A stretch of DNA of 63,991 nt, counting the filler, from Reclinomonas americana ATCC 50394 (lineage: Eukaryota): NCBI GenBank assembly GCA_048213135.1. It is 17 parts of 17 records of this genome, joined end to end, with 100 filler letters (N's around TTAATTAATTAA, not from the genome) between each part and the next. Parts side by side here need not be neighbours in the genome. Positions count along the whole stretch, not along the records: positions 1 to 21,317 come from AFZH01018668.1; 16 more parts are not named here. The stretch is one strand, 5' to 3'. A program made the position numbers and the translations under genes. This document shows positions 1 through 11,354 of the stretch, in pieces. The first letter of the stretch is position 1. Every line of letters begins with the position of its first letter. Below the pieces are notes generated by a model. The model saw nothing but the letters and a program-made list of their open reading frames with translations. It was not told the origin of the DNA and ran no database searches.

Positions 1-84
1 GCTCTCCACGTGACATCCTCCTCCTCCTCCTCCTCCTCCTCCTCCTCCTCCTCCTCCTCCTCTCTCTCTCTCTCTCTCTCTCTC

Positions 85-714
85 TCAATCTTTCTCTGTC
101 CCCGCATCTACAACTTTTCCTTGTCGCACCAAATATCGAGTAGTGGTACACACCTTGATTTCGAAGCAGCGAGTGCTTCCCTTGCGTCCACTCGACATAT
201 CCCGCTGGGGAATGCACCTCTTACAAAAGTGCCGGAATTGTGCGAACGACGTTGCTCCGAGGATTGAGACGTCGTCCACTACCAGATAGTCCGCGAGTTG
301 AAACCTGCGAAGCATGAGAATGCTCGAAATGAACAGACTGTGGCCAATGTTATACCTCGCCTCAATCAGCTATATATCACGAGAAACGCACATGAAGCAC
401 CGGGTGAGCGGGTCCCACAGTGGCGCTCCAGTTGCCGCGTCAGTCTGAATGACCCAAGGCCTGTACGCAACAAGTAGCTTATCCAATGGATCCTCCATCA
501 TTTTGTGGCCGGCAGGAATTCTGGTAAAGAACGCCTCAATTTGGCAGTAGTACACTGGCCAGTGGCGCGCATCGATATCGCAATCGCGCCCTTGGTTGGC
601 ATGCACGACTTCGTTGGTTGCAGACTGAGGTCGCATGCCGACTGAGGCACCAGTGTCGACGGGTATGTGTTCACCGAATTCGGCGCGATTAAACAGCACT
701 ACCGTCGACAGCCT

Positions 715-755
<41 letters not shown>

Positions 756-3700
756 TGTGGCTGTCAGAGGCCAACACGGTGCACCCAAATAGAGCGCGCT
801 GAGAACGACATAGCACGTACCCATTGCGCAGGAAATCTTCATCTCCGGCGTTAGGGAACACGGTGCGATACTTGTCGATTCCAAGCCGGGCACACAAGTC
901 CGTAAGTTGCGCCACGCCATTCTTGAGGAGTCGGTTCCCCCGATGCCACTGAAACTTGGATGCCCTGACGATCAGGCGGCCTTCCGATGTGTACACGTCG
1001 GCGTGTTGACCAGCCGTGCCTTCCCTCGCCTCCAGCCAGTGAGCAATCGTCGGATGTCGACGAATGGCGGAGTAGCGGGTGCCGACATTGACGCCATCCA
1101 CACTCTTGCCACGAGAGAACAGGTCAAGCAGCTGGCGCACAACCTGCCGGAGGGCGACAGCGGTGTATTCATCTTGGTGATTGCTCATCTTCAAGTCGCG
1201 CCTCTCGCCACTGTGCGAAGAAACGCAGCGATGTGAAACTTGGTCATCGCATCACAAACAAGCCGGAGATTCGACGACGCAACTGGTGAAGCTTTTCTCC
1301 AGTCTCCAACTGCCTCGGAGACGAAGCAATTCATACCGGCAAGACGCTCTTGCTCCAGCGAGTGCCCAATCGCGTGATTCTTGTACGACAAGGAGTCGTA
1401 CGTTTCGCCACACTCTCTGTATTATGTTTGCAGAGTGGCGAATCGTGAGGCAGACGGCGCGAGACAACAATAGCTGTGTTACGCTGCAGCTGCTGACGAC
1501 GTACCCCATCAACGACCGCAAATACCAAATTGTACGGTCATAATAAACGTCGTCTGCTGAATCGCGATGTGTGGCGATCGTGTGAGAGTAGTAGTCAGCG
1601 AGCGCTGAGTACAACAGTAATGCTGGCTCTTGCTCCAGCAGCGCACGCAGCGAATCGACGTCGCTTGAGTCAGAGGCACTGGAAAACAAGAGAACGCATG
1701 CTGCGAGAACAAACAGCCGATATGCGCAGATGAGAACAGACTTAGGGTCGGAGGAATGCGCAAACGCTGATGACACACTCACGGCGCAAGGCGAACATGA
1801 TGGAACACGTAGTTGCTGTCCAGTGTCTACCAAGTAATGAACCTTGGTTTTTGGCAAACGAGAAAATGACTCTTCCCATGGACGGGTCGTCACCCGTGAG
1901 GGCACTCACAAAGTCAGACAGCCATTCAGTTGCAACGCTGACAGTGTGACGATCTCCATCCGCAATTGTAATGCTGGAAATAGCCGCGAGCAATGCCGTG
2001 CGACAACGGGGCGCAAGGCCTTCGGCGATCATATGCAAGTCCACGGGCAACAGGATATCACCATGGACCTGCGCGTGGCGACACGATACGTAAGGCTGCC
2101 ACAAGACACGTGAGCTGAAAAATCGCACTCACGTTGAAGTCATCCATTCCGTACACCAGTGCAGATTGCGGTCGTCTCTCGCCTGCAACACCAAGGAGAA
2201 CCGATCTCCGTCCGCTGCGCATCACCAGGCTCGTGTGCTCCGCATTCCGGAAAATAGTCTCCGGTCGAACGCCTACCAACTGCTCGCGGACAACCTTTGC
2301 GTATGAGCAGTTCAACGCAGTTGCCGACAGCATGTCGAGTCCTGCACCAACAAACGAGACGCAGCAAGCATATTCAAACACGTATCAGCAAATGAGAACG
2401 GCAACTCCCCACACGCGCACGCAACATTCACACAAACGAGCACAGATGCACGTACTTACCGTGGCACCACCAACAGTGCAGCCGTTTTATGATGGCCGAT
2501 GCTGACTGTCCCTCCACGCCATCAACAGAATGGAACAACAAGTCGGCGAAGACCACATACTTGCGACCATCGATGTGTGTAACAAAGCCACGCCGCGTGC
2601 GCGTGATTGAGTTCACGAGGTGTTGGTACGCCGACATATTCGAAACTTCTGTGGAACACATGAGAATAGGCAAAGACCTGAGTAGCTGTAGCAAGTTAAG
2701 TGCACAATTTGCAACTAACCGGGAGGAGTCAAGGCGATACATGGATAGTGCAGAGGCCTGCCTCTGCGAAGGTCCTTGGCCGGTCTGTTCGCAATGGCCA
2801 TATGGCACGAGCCTGTAGGTCGTTGTTCTCTCGTCGATGTTGACTCTGCGAAGTACGAGCACCGTGAGAGGTTGACAACACACCAGCACGCACAGAGGTA
2901 CGCACACTGTCACCTTTGAAATCATCGTAGTCCAATTTAAGCCACACAAGTAGCGCTTTTGCATCGTCATCGGCGTGCGCAAGAACAGTGTCCTCGAAAT
3001 CGCGGTTGTACTGTCATGCGAAAACAAGGATTGGTTTCGCTGCACACTGTCAATGGGCTGCTAAGAGACACAACATTGGCACACCTTGATTGGAAAACCA
3101 GTCGTCGCTCCGTCGATGACATCGGCCGCATACTGCGTGAATCGCAGGTTGCCGTCACCGACCACATCCAGCGGGCTGACACACATTAGTGGCCATCGCT
3201 CAGCGTGGCCTGAGGCTGCTGCGCTTTCTTGCTGACTGTACACGTCGGCCAACGAGAACACTGGATCGTCCACTCGCGCGATTGTCAGCTTGTCCGTGAC
3301 TCTGACCTCACGAATGTTCTCTGACGGCGGCAAAGGCCACACCAGGTAGCACCTGAGGCCGGCGGCCACTGCGTCAATGGGAGAGGGAAAGCCCGCGACA
3401 GTAGCACCAGACTGAGGCACAGAGCGCAAAATATTGTACTGTAAGCAGTGGACACCGACATGACATGCAGCGCAAACAAAACAAACGCACGTCAGGAAAT
3501 AAGGCAAAGCCGAATTGCCACACCTCCAAGACAACGCGCCGCACACCATCCCTGTCAATCTGCGCCGTATGCTCAAAGGAATGAGATGAAACGCATCTTC
3601 AGACGCGACACCCACGCGCGCGCATCGCGTACACACACCTCATCCCATGCATTGAGAAGTTTCACAAGAGTGCCATTATTCTCCTGGTCGGTAAATCCTG

Positions 3701-5493
3701 GCCCGTCGAGTCGATAAAACGCGTTCTTCCAGCACGCGACCTCTTTACGTCCGCGGCTCCGAACGTAAGTCACCAGCGCGTGGAGTTGCTTATCCTTCAC
3801 TCGAGTGCCAGTCATCGGGCCACGTCTCACGTGGCTTTCAGGTTGCTGTTCAAATGCACGCAAAAGGCGCACTCAGTGAGCACGAGGTGCAATCCGTCGA
3901 CGGTGCGAAGCTTCGAAGTAATCACAAACCTTGCCCTGCTCGTGCACGAAACGCTGTTGTAGGCTGTCCAGCACTCCAGGAGCTGCAAGCTGCCGCGTGA
4001 TCAACTTCTCCAAGTTGGTGTACACGCCGGGTTGCTCATTGAAGTAGGATCTCTTCTCCACGTACTCCTCTGGCGACAGATTCAGCGAGGCCAAATCGCA
4101 ACGCCAGTACGAGATTGGCGGCGTTGTGAGGCGATTGAAATTCGCATAGGGGTATGTCAGGATCGCGTGCAGCAGCTGTAGCACGCTGACGGACGGCTGG
4201 GCAAGCTGAACAAAGTGCATCAACAAAGCCTGTTCTCGAGTGGTGGCAGGAGCGTACTCGTTCAGTGGCGGGTCCATTTGCTGAGACGCACACGAGCAAC
4301 AGGAGGCAAATACGAGTCAGAGTGCTCGTCTCGCTGCGAAGGATTGCGAATGCAGTGGCAGACAAACCATGCGCTCCCTGGTAATCTCAGCGAACTGAGC
4401 AGCATATCTTGCTTCGTCCTCCTCACTGAATTGATAGCCTGGCGTATCATCGACAACATACGTGGCACTGAAGTCGGAGTCCGCAGGGGCAGCAGCAACG
4501 ACAAGCATCGGGCCTACGCCTTCGTCGTCGTAGTCGTAGTCGTCGTCGAATCCGCCACCTCCTTCCACACTCGCCACTGGAAACTTGCCAACCCCATCGT
4601 CCACCTCACAGGTAGGATCAATGATACCGGTTGCGCATGCAGTTCGGCGACTGCGGTCAACGACGGAGACATCTGCGACTCAAGAACACATGAGAACACG
4701 AAGTACCCGAAGATGAATCGTTGTGATCATGAGAAGGATGCACACCTTCGGGTCCACAGTCCATGGCCACAGACCCGCGCTCCACTCTACCAACAGACGC
4801 AAGGTCATCATCGCTGCTCATGCTTTGGTCGTCCTCAAGTTGGACGACAGATCTGGAGAGGTGAGGCTGCCGCTCGTCATCGGCTGCCAACTCTGCGCAG
4901 TCCGCTGCGCGAGCAAACTGCGGGTGCACGTGGTCGTCGAGCACCGAAGCGGTGTCGAGCTCCATGGACACAGAAGCAGCGTCATGGCTTCGCCACCTGC
5001 TGGCCCGATTGTGCAGCCAAATGCTCACATTCTTCTTGTGTTTCTGTGAAGATCAACACAAAACGATGAACAGCGACACACGCGAGGACACAAACACTCC
5101 CATAAACACACACACACACACGTGCACACAAACATTTGCAAAGGAGAGAGAACGGCGTGCGAGAGAGCGATAGGACGAAGTATCAATAAAAAATGCTCAA
5201 GTCCCACCATTGAAGGACGTCACACAACGCACAACACCCGCACACGAGCACACCTCGCTCCCTCCCTCGCACACACGCGTGTGTATACTCACACTAGTGC
5301 CGAGGTGTGCCTTAAAGTGGCCAGTTTTCCAGCCACGGGAATTCTCCGCACTCTCGCAGCACGGGCACTGCCAGCGAACACAGTCCGATCGCTGAGAAGC
5401 GTGTGTGTGGCGGAAGAGCCCAATGACCTCAGCAGGTACTTGCTGCTGAAGAAGAATTGCGGCGATAAGCTGTTCTCTCTCACTCACACTCAT
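85..5493 (-). CDS. CMC/EnSpm-like DDE transposase, multi-exon, with one apparent frameshift near 1306
   Basis: Spliced translation gives an N-terminal CPCC...FKAHL Zn-finger-like motif, WLKLDYDDFK...TGSCHMAIANRP (first D, ~2921), VVFADLLFHSVDGVEG...HCWWCH (second D, ~2521), LPVDLHMIAEG, KNHAIGH, TGEKLHH...SNHQD (E, ~1296) and a C-terminal HFCKRC. This motif order is what I recall from EnSpm/CACTA-like transposases. Start codon and some exon boundaries are approximate. Confidence 0.75.
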
Positions 5494-5643
5494 GTCACTG
5501 ATGCAGATAATCCTGTTTGACAAGTGGGCGCGTGCCTGGAGCTTCTTCGCGGGCCCTCGAGCTCTGCTTGAGCACTGCACGAGCACTGTATCAGTGCGTT
5601 TGCATTTTTTCAACTCTCTGTGCGCACTGACAACTTGACCCAC

Positions 5644-7302
5644 ATGGATTCGTCGCAAGATTCAGAGGCACACTCTCCTGCAGCTGGTGTCGGCCTCGTC
5701 GACCTCAGCTCTCCGCCCTCTCGATCTGCAGCTGCGGGTGCTCAGGTGCCTCGCGATCGCTCAGCTGCGGTGCCGGCCGCCAGTTAAGCTCACACAAGGT
5801 CGACCCTCTCAGATTACAACGTCCTCACCTTTTGTTTGCTCCCCAGTTGGCAGCGGTCCTCGGTCGCAGCTAGCACCAGGAGCTGCTCTCATTGGCTCCG
5901 CTGGAGCCAAGCGAGGCGCTCTGAGTGACCTTTCACGCGATCCCAGTGCACCCGCGCCTAAAAGCTCGAGGCAGTCGCTAGAGGACCACATTGCGGATGT
6001 CCACCTCTTTGACCGCGAAGGACAGGTGGCGTCACTGAAGCCCCACTTGCTCACAGAAGACGGCGACTGCGCGGACACGGCTCGTGCGCGTGGAGAACTG
6101 TTGCTGAGGGTCACGCTCGAGGTGCATAGAGCGAATGCGAAGTCGAATCTGCTTATTGTCGGACTTCTTTCCGACTTGAAGGCCGCTCTCATGTCGAGCC
6201 GTCTTGAAGGGAGCCAGCGTGTGCGTGTTGTGTCGCGCTTCTCGTGTTTAAGTCTCGTACTACCGCTCATTCGTCGCGCTGCAGACTGCTTTTGTTGACA
6301 GAGCGCGTGAGGAGTTCAGAACAGCTTTCGGCGCGTGCGACATTGATCGAATGCGTGCCTGGCAAAAGGCTGACCGGAATGTTGTCGAAGAGGCCTTCAA
6401 CCGCACCTGCCCCGGCTTGAAAGGCAAGTTCGACGACACTGTCTGTCCGACGGTGAAGACATCGGTATGGCTTGCAGAGTTGTTGCCAATGAGTTGACAT
6501 GCAAATGAGTGACACGTCCTTGTCTTCCACCTATTAGATTGGATCGACGACGGCAACGATTGCCAGCAACATCAAAGCAAGGATCTTGCCTGCTGGAGGT
6601 ACTCGAAATTTCTCATCTCTTGCTGAATTCGCTGCCGCCATGGACTCCGAGGAGCACAAGCCAGACGAATCCGCAGTGCGTTTCACCCATGCAAGCTGCA
6701 CCGCACTAATCTCATCATGTGTACGAGAAGCCTCACCGTCAACTGTTATGTACACCAGGTGTCGCTGGCCATTGCATCGCGCACTGAGGCTCTCACTGCC
6801 CCGTTCTGCCGAGCCGCATCGACGAGCCTGTCCGTTTTCGGGATGATGGTACGTACTCGCACTCGTGTAGCGAAAACTCGTGCATACATATTCCTCTCCA
6901 CCTACAACATTCTCATCATGCATGCAGGTCCTAGTCGCGAATCGCCTGTGCGAAGATTACAACAAGCAGTGCGAGCGCGACCGTGTGCGTCCTGGATCCG
7001 GGTCGGGGAAACGACAGGTCGCCACATTCGCCTTGATCTGTGACTATGTCGAGCGTCGAGGGCTTTCGTCCCACTCAACACCAGCACAAATATTCGACGC
7101 TTTGCGCGGTGAAGATGGAGAATCGCCCATGGTCTGCCTCCCGTGGTCATTCCTGTTCCCTCGTCACCCGCTGCCGGGTGCGCTCTTGGAGGCACCGCAC
7201 GTGGAACCGATGTTGCTGGAAGGCGATGACGGTGCCGAAGCTGCTGGTGCAGTGGCAGCGAACCCAATTCAATTGCAAGACGGCGAGGACGAATTGATGT
7301 GA
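5644..7302 (+). CDS. Transposon accessory protein A, unknown function, multi-exon
   Basis: ATG 5644 (MDSSQDSEAHSPAAG); GT-AG splicing joins ORF pieces in frame to TGA 7302; divergent from the transposase by ~150 bp; paralogous to protein B. Confidence 0.6.
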
Positions 7303-7552
7303 GCGGTTGGCGTCGCCTGATTGTGCTAGCTAGCAGCTGGTGCCCATAGCGGGCTGTTGCATGTTGCCTCTGTGCCTTTTTTTTTTCCCCAAGTGAAGCT
7401 GTGACCTTCCACAATCTGTAGGAGTCAACTGAAATTGTCACTTTCTCTACTAGGCACAAGTGAGCAAAAGCCCTCCCCTGTCAATGGCGCCCGTGCGTGC
7501 ATGTGCACGTACACTGTGTGACTCTTGTGTTTAAGTTTCACAAACCTCGGCC

Positions 7553-7572
7553 TGGGCGTGGGCGTGGGCGTG
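7553..7572 (+). promoter_or_regulatory. Tandem GC-box-like (TGGGCG)3 upstream of accessory gene B
   Basis: cctgggcgtgggcgtgggcgtgg lies ~100 bp before the putative ATG at 7669; function inferred only. Confidence 0.25.
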
Positions 7573-7668
7573 GTTTGAGGAGGGTGAGTGTGTGTGAGCA
7601 TTTCGTCTCTCTGTTTTTGTGCTTATCCCTGGCCGTCGCTGTGCACCACTCTGCAGCTGTCTGTGATC

Positions 7669-10198
7669 ATGTCCCCACTGTATGTGCACAGTAGTGGTGC
7701 GCGAGGAAGCAACTCTCTCCGTGCTGCGCACATGTGTGATCATAGTTTCGCATTGTGTGAGCATTTTTCCGAGCATGCAGAACTCATCGACTGCATCAGC
7801 GCTGCGGATCGCCCCTTGGCGCGTGCCTTGAGCACTTGTGAGATGATGCAGCAAGCGCACTGCTACTTTGAGGTTCGGCTGCTGTTCGAACTGCGTCGCA
7901 CACTTTTCTTTCCTTCGTGAGCGCTGAAAAGCTCGTTTTGCTTCGTTTCTATCATGGAGGGCAGCCTCGGCACCAATGCCACCATGCTCGGTCATGCGAC
8001 GCAGTTCTTTGCGCAGGCCTTGAGTTCCAGCGAGGAGGACGATGCGCCCAATCGTCGCCCGTATGTCGACATTGATGCCACGTATGTTGAGGATCTCGAA
8101 AACGGCCTTGGGAAGCGCATTGCCAGTGGCGCCATGAGCGTTGCTGGCGCCGTCGCCGTCGCTGACGACGAGGATGAGGAAGACGAGGATGAGAGCGGGA
8201 TGATCTGCCCACCGCCGCTCGTTTTTCTGCCTGTCCCCGACGACTTCCACTTCACGTCACCTGCGCCGGCGGCCGCTTCAAGTGTGCCGGTCGCGGCTCA
8301 TGCCGTGTTAACGTCCCCCACTTTCGGCAACGCCCGTGCCGTTCCGCTGCCGCGCTCGTCGTCTATGAGCACGACGGTATCTGGCTCTACTGCGAAGGTC
8401 AACGCACAGGCCAGTGGCCTTCCGGCTGTTCGACAGCCAACGTCGAGTTTGACGGCCGCCGCACCAGCAGCTGCTCGTCGTCGTCACTCTACTGCTCACA
8501 CTCAGCGACGCGTCACTGTTGCCGCCGGCTCGCGCCTTCCGCTGCCGTCGCAGGAGGCGCTTTCCGGCTCGTCCACCACGGCTGCGACAACGACCTCGGC
8601 TGCCATTCGTCCCGGGACCACAACCGCCACCGCCGCTGCTGCTGCTGGTATTGCTGCTTCTCCGCCTCCGCCTCCTCCATCAGCGCCTGCCGTCACTCCT
8701 GTTGACGCACCTGGTTTGACTGGTCCGCTTGAGCTTGCTCGTCCAGTGGGCCACAACGGTCTACACGGCGGAAGTGGCGTCCGTCGTCCGTTGTTGATTT
8801 TCGTGTCGGACTCGGATGGCTCCCCGCCAGTCAAGCGACGCCGCATGAGTGGCAGAGTCGGTGACATCGACTTGGCAGCTGCAGGTGCTGGTGCAGTCGC
8901 AGAATCTGGCCCGTCTATCGCGGTACGTCGTGTAGTACTGAAGTCTGAGCGGCATGCATATGCGTGTGTTGCTTACACGACGCAATACTTTTGCAGTCGG
9001 TATCCGATGCTGTCGCGAGCTTGGTGACTGCGCTGAGCGAGTTGCAGAAGTCCTCGGCTGCATCGCGGCAGACACTCGACCTCATTTGCAGCTACGTTCA
9101 CGATCAGAGTCTGCGTGTGCGAGATTTCCGGAACCCGGAGCGTGTCAGTGCGGAGGCAGCGGTGCGTGCATTTCTTCAATAGAGTTTTCATCTTGTGCTT
9201 GTTGTAATTTTGTTCCTCTTTTCTGGCTAATATTTCGTTCATTGCGATTGTTGCAGGTGGAGATTTTCGAGATTGCCTCGTCTCGCTTCTGCAAGTTACT
9301 CGTTTCTGGGCGATTCAACGAGGCCGAGCGCTGGCTTGCGCAAGACGTGGAAATTGTTGAGCCAGCATTGAGTGAGGTTGCGCAGAAGTTCGGTGTTGGC
9401 ACGCCGGCGGTGAGTGCACGAGTGTGAAATTCCTCGTGTTTCTCTTTGTCGTCGACGGTGACGATAATGCTCACTCTTTTTTTCGCTTAAAGATTATGTC
9501 TCTGGCGGAGCATGCTGTGGCGACTACCACTGCGCGTTTCGCTCGATGCATCGCGAAATGCATCGAATGTTCTTCCGCTGTGCACTTTGATCAGCCGTCG
9601 TTCACCAGCGATGTTGCAGTGTATGGTACACAGTCGCGTACCATCTGCCATGAGGTGAGTTGTAGCGAGCTGCAACGCAAGCTGATGAGTCACTACAAGA
9701 ATGATCAATTGCAATCGTTGACACTCTGCCACAGCGGCTGCTTGCCAACCGAGCAACGGCCTTGACGATGGCGCATTCGCGGAACCAAGTGGCACAGACT
9801 GCCTTCGGCTTGATGGTGAGTCGCACTTACCACAATCTGACTGCTGCAGCTGACTTGATGCACAGATTTATAGTGAGGCACGTTGTATGAGATGCACGTA
9901 CTCACGCAGTTTTTTCGTGCAGGTACTCGTCCACCTTCGTGGCGGCTCTGCGGTGTTCGTTCTCGGCAATGTGTTACCGGTCTTGACTATGATACTGCCG
10001 ATTGACGGATGCATCTCGAGCTTGACGGTGGATCGGCTGTTTACGATCGTTGGCAGTCCTGCTCGTGGAACGCTTGCCACGTTGGATGTCGCTTCGCCGG
10101 TGCTGCTGCCGTGCTGTTTCAAGGAGGAGGTCATCATCGTTGGTGACGATTATGTGGAACCGGAGGTGCTCGATCTCACCGGGATGGAACTGGATTGA
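7669..10198 (+). CDS. Transposon accessory protein B, unknown function; low-complexity middle, C-terminal domain paralogous to A
   Basis: Long ORF 7954-~8922 plus spliceable exons (~8998-9161, 9257-9408, 9493-9654, ~9923-10198) ending ...EPEVLDLTGMELD*; start uncertain; contains NLS-like PPVKRRR. Confidence 0.55.
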
Positions 10199-10479
10199 GT
10201 CACGGGAGACTGGCGTTTGGATGGTTCTCGGGATTGGGAGGGATTCCTGCGTCGACAATGTGTGGAGGACTTCACGATTTTCCGACTTCGACGTTTTTTA
10301 TGTATTTTTATTTATCAGAGTAGTTTGAATGCATGCATGAGTATGAGTGAATCTACTGAGTGTGGCACCTGTAGTAGATAGTGGGTGGTGGGGCGAGGGA
10401 GTGCATGCAAAGCGGGGCGGGGGCGGGGGGGCGGGGGGCGCGGGGCGCGGCAGCCGCGGCTAAAAATAGCCCTCAAATG

Positions 10480-10749
10480 ACGCCGTGCCGGCACCGGACG
10501 ACGCCGGATGAGCTTCATTCGGCAGAACCGGTGAGTTTTTTCTCCTTTTTCGTCGATCACCGGAAGAATGAGGCATAATCTAAGTGGTAGAAATGTACCC
10601 GGACGGTGCCGAGCCGGTACCGTGGACGGTACCGTATTCATTGGTTGCATGTAAGGGTTCACTAAGGGAGGATTTTCACCGGACGGTGCCGGACGGCACC
10701 GTTGCCGAATTGTTCCGGTGCCGTACGACACGGGACAGTCCTGGCTGTG
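10480..10749. repeat. Subterminal repeat cluster and putative terminal inverted repeat
   Basis: CCGGACGGTGCCG at 10599 and 10679; variants GGACGGTACCG (10624) and CCGGACGGCACCG (10689); CGGCACCGG (10488) is the inverse of CCGGTGCCG (10716). Confidence 0.6.
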
Positions 10750-11354
10750 TAGCATTAGCCATCTCGACTTTCTCTCAGTGTTCACGTGATGTCTGAGTTT
10801 CTGGTGCTCACTCAAGATGGTGATCATCATGCAGCTGCTGCTGTTTGGATTAGTAAAGTTGTTGTTGTTGTACTTGGCCTTCTTGCCGTTGACAGCAGAC
10901 TTGACCGAGTCCTTGTTGGCGAAGGGGCATCTTTCTTGAGATACCTCGCTGCTCGAGATAGTGATCGTCACGTGGCTTCACTGCTATTTGGATCATTAAA
11001 GTTCCTGTCCGCACCTTACTCACGTCACCCCACGTCGTCGACGTCGGTCAGTTATTCCGCGAGCTGTGGAAACCGACGGATTTCGCGGGCGCATCGGCGG
11101 TGTCACTCGCTCGCATCCATCACTCACTCAACGTCGTGACGACACGAGCGTGCGCCGCGACGGATTTTGCGTGGGCCCTTTCTCCTCTGCGCCTGCGTCT
11201 GTGTCTGCCTCTCTCTCTCTTTGTGTGTCTCTCTCTGTTCTCTTTCCATGACACCACTGCGCCTGTGAACACACCAACAACAACACACGCACACGCCCAC
11301 ACGCAAGTTCTCTTCTCGCACACACGCACTACACTTGCGCGCGCTCGTTTTGTC

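Larger units (their letters stand above)
1..10749. mobile_element. Large CACTA/EnSpm (CMC superfamily)-like DNA transposon, right portion; left end not in window
   Basis: Contains a DDE transposase, two accessory genes, clustered subterminal CCGGACGGTRCCG-type repeats in both orientations (10480-10730) and a terminus ...CCTGGCTGTG at 10749 (reverse complement CACAGCCAGG), matching the CAC- start of CMC TIRs. Confidence 0.7.

Noticed and set aside
10786..11139. ORF immediately outside the transposon end
   Set aside because: No recognisable motif on either strand and partly low complexity; it could be a disrupted target gene but this is unsupported.
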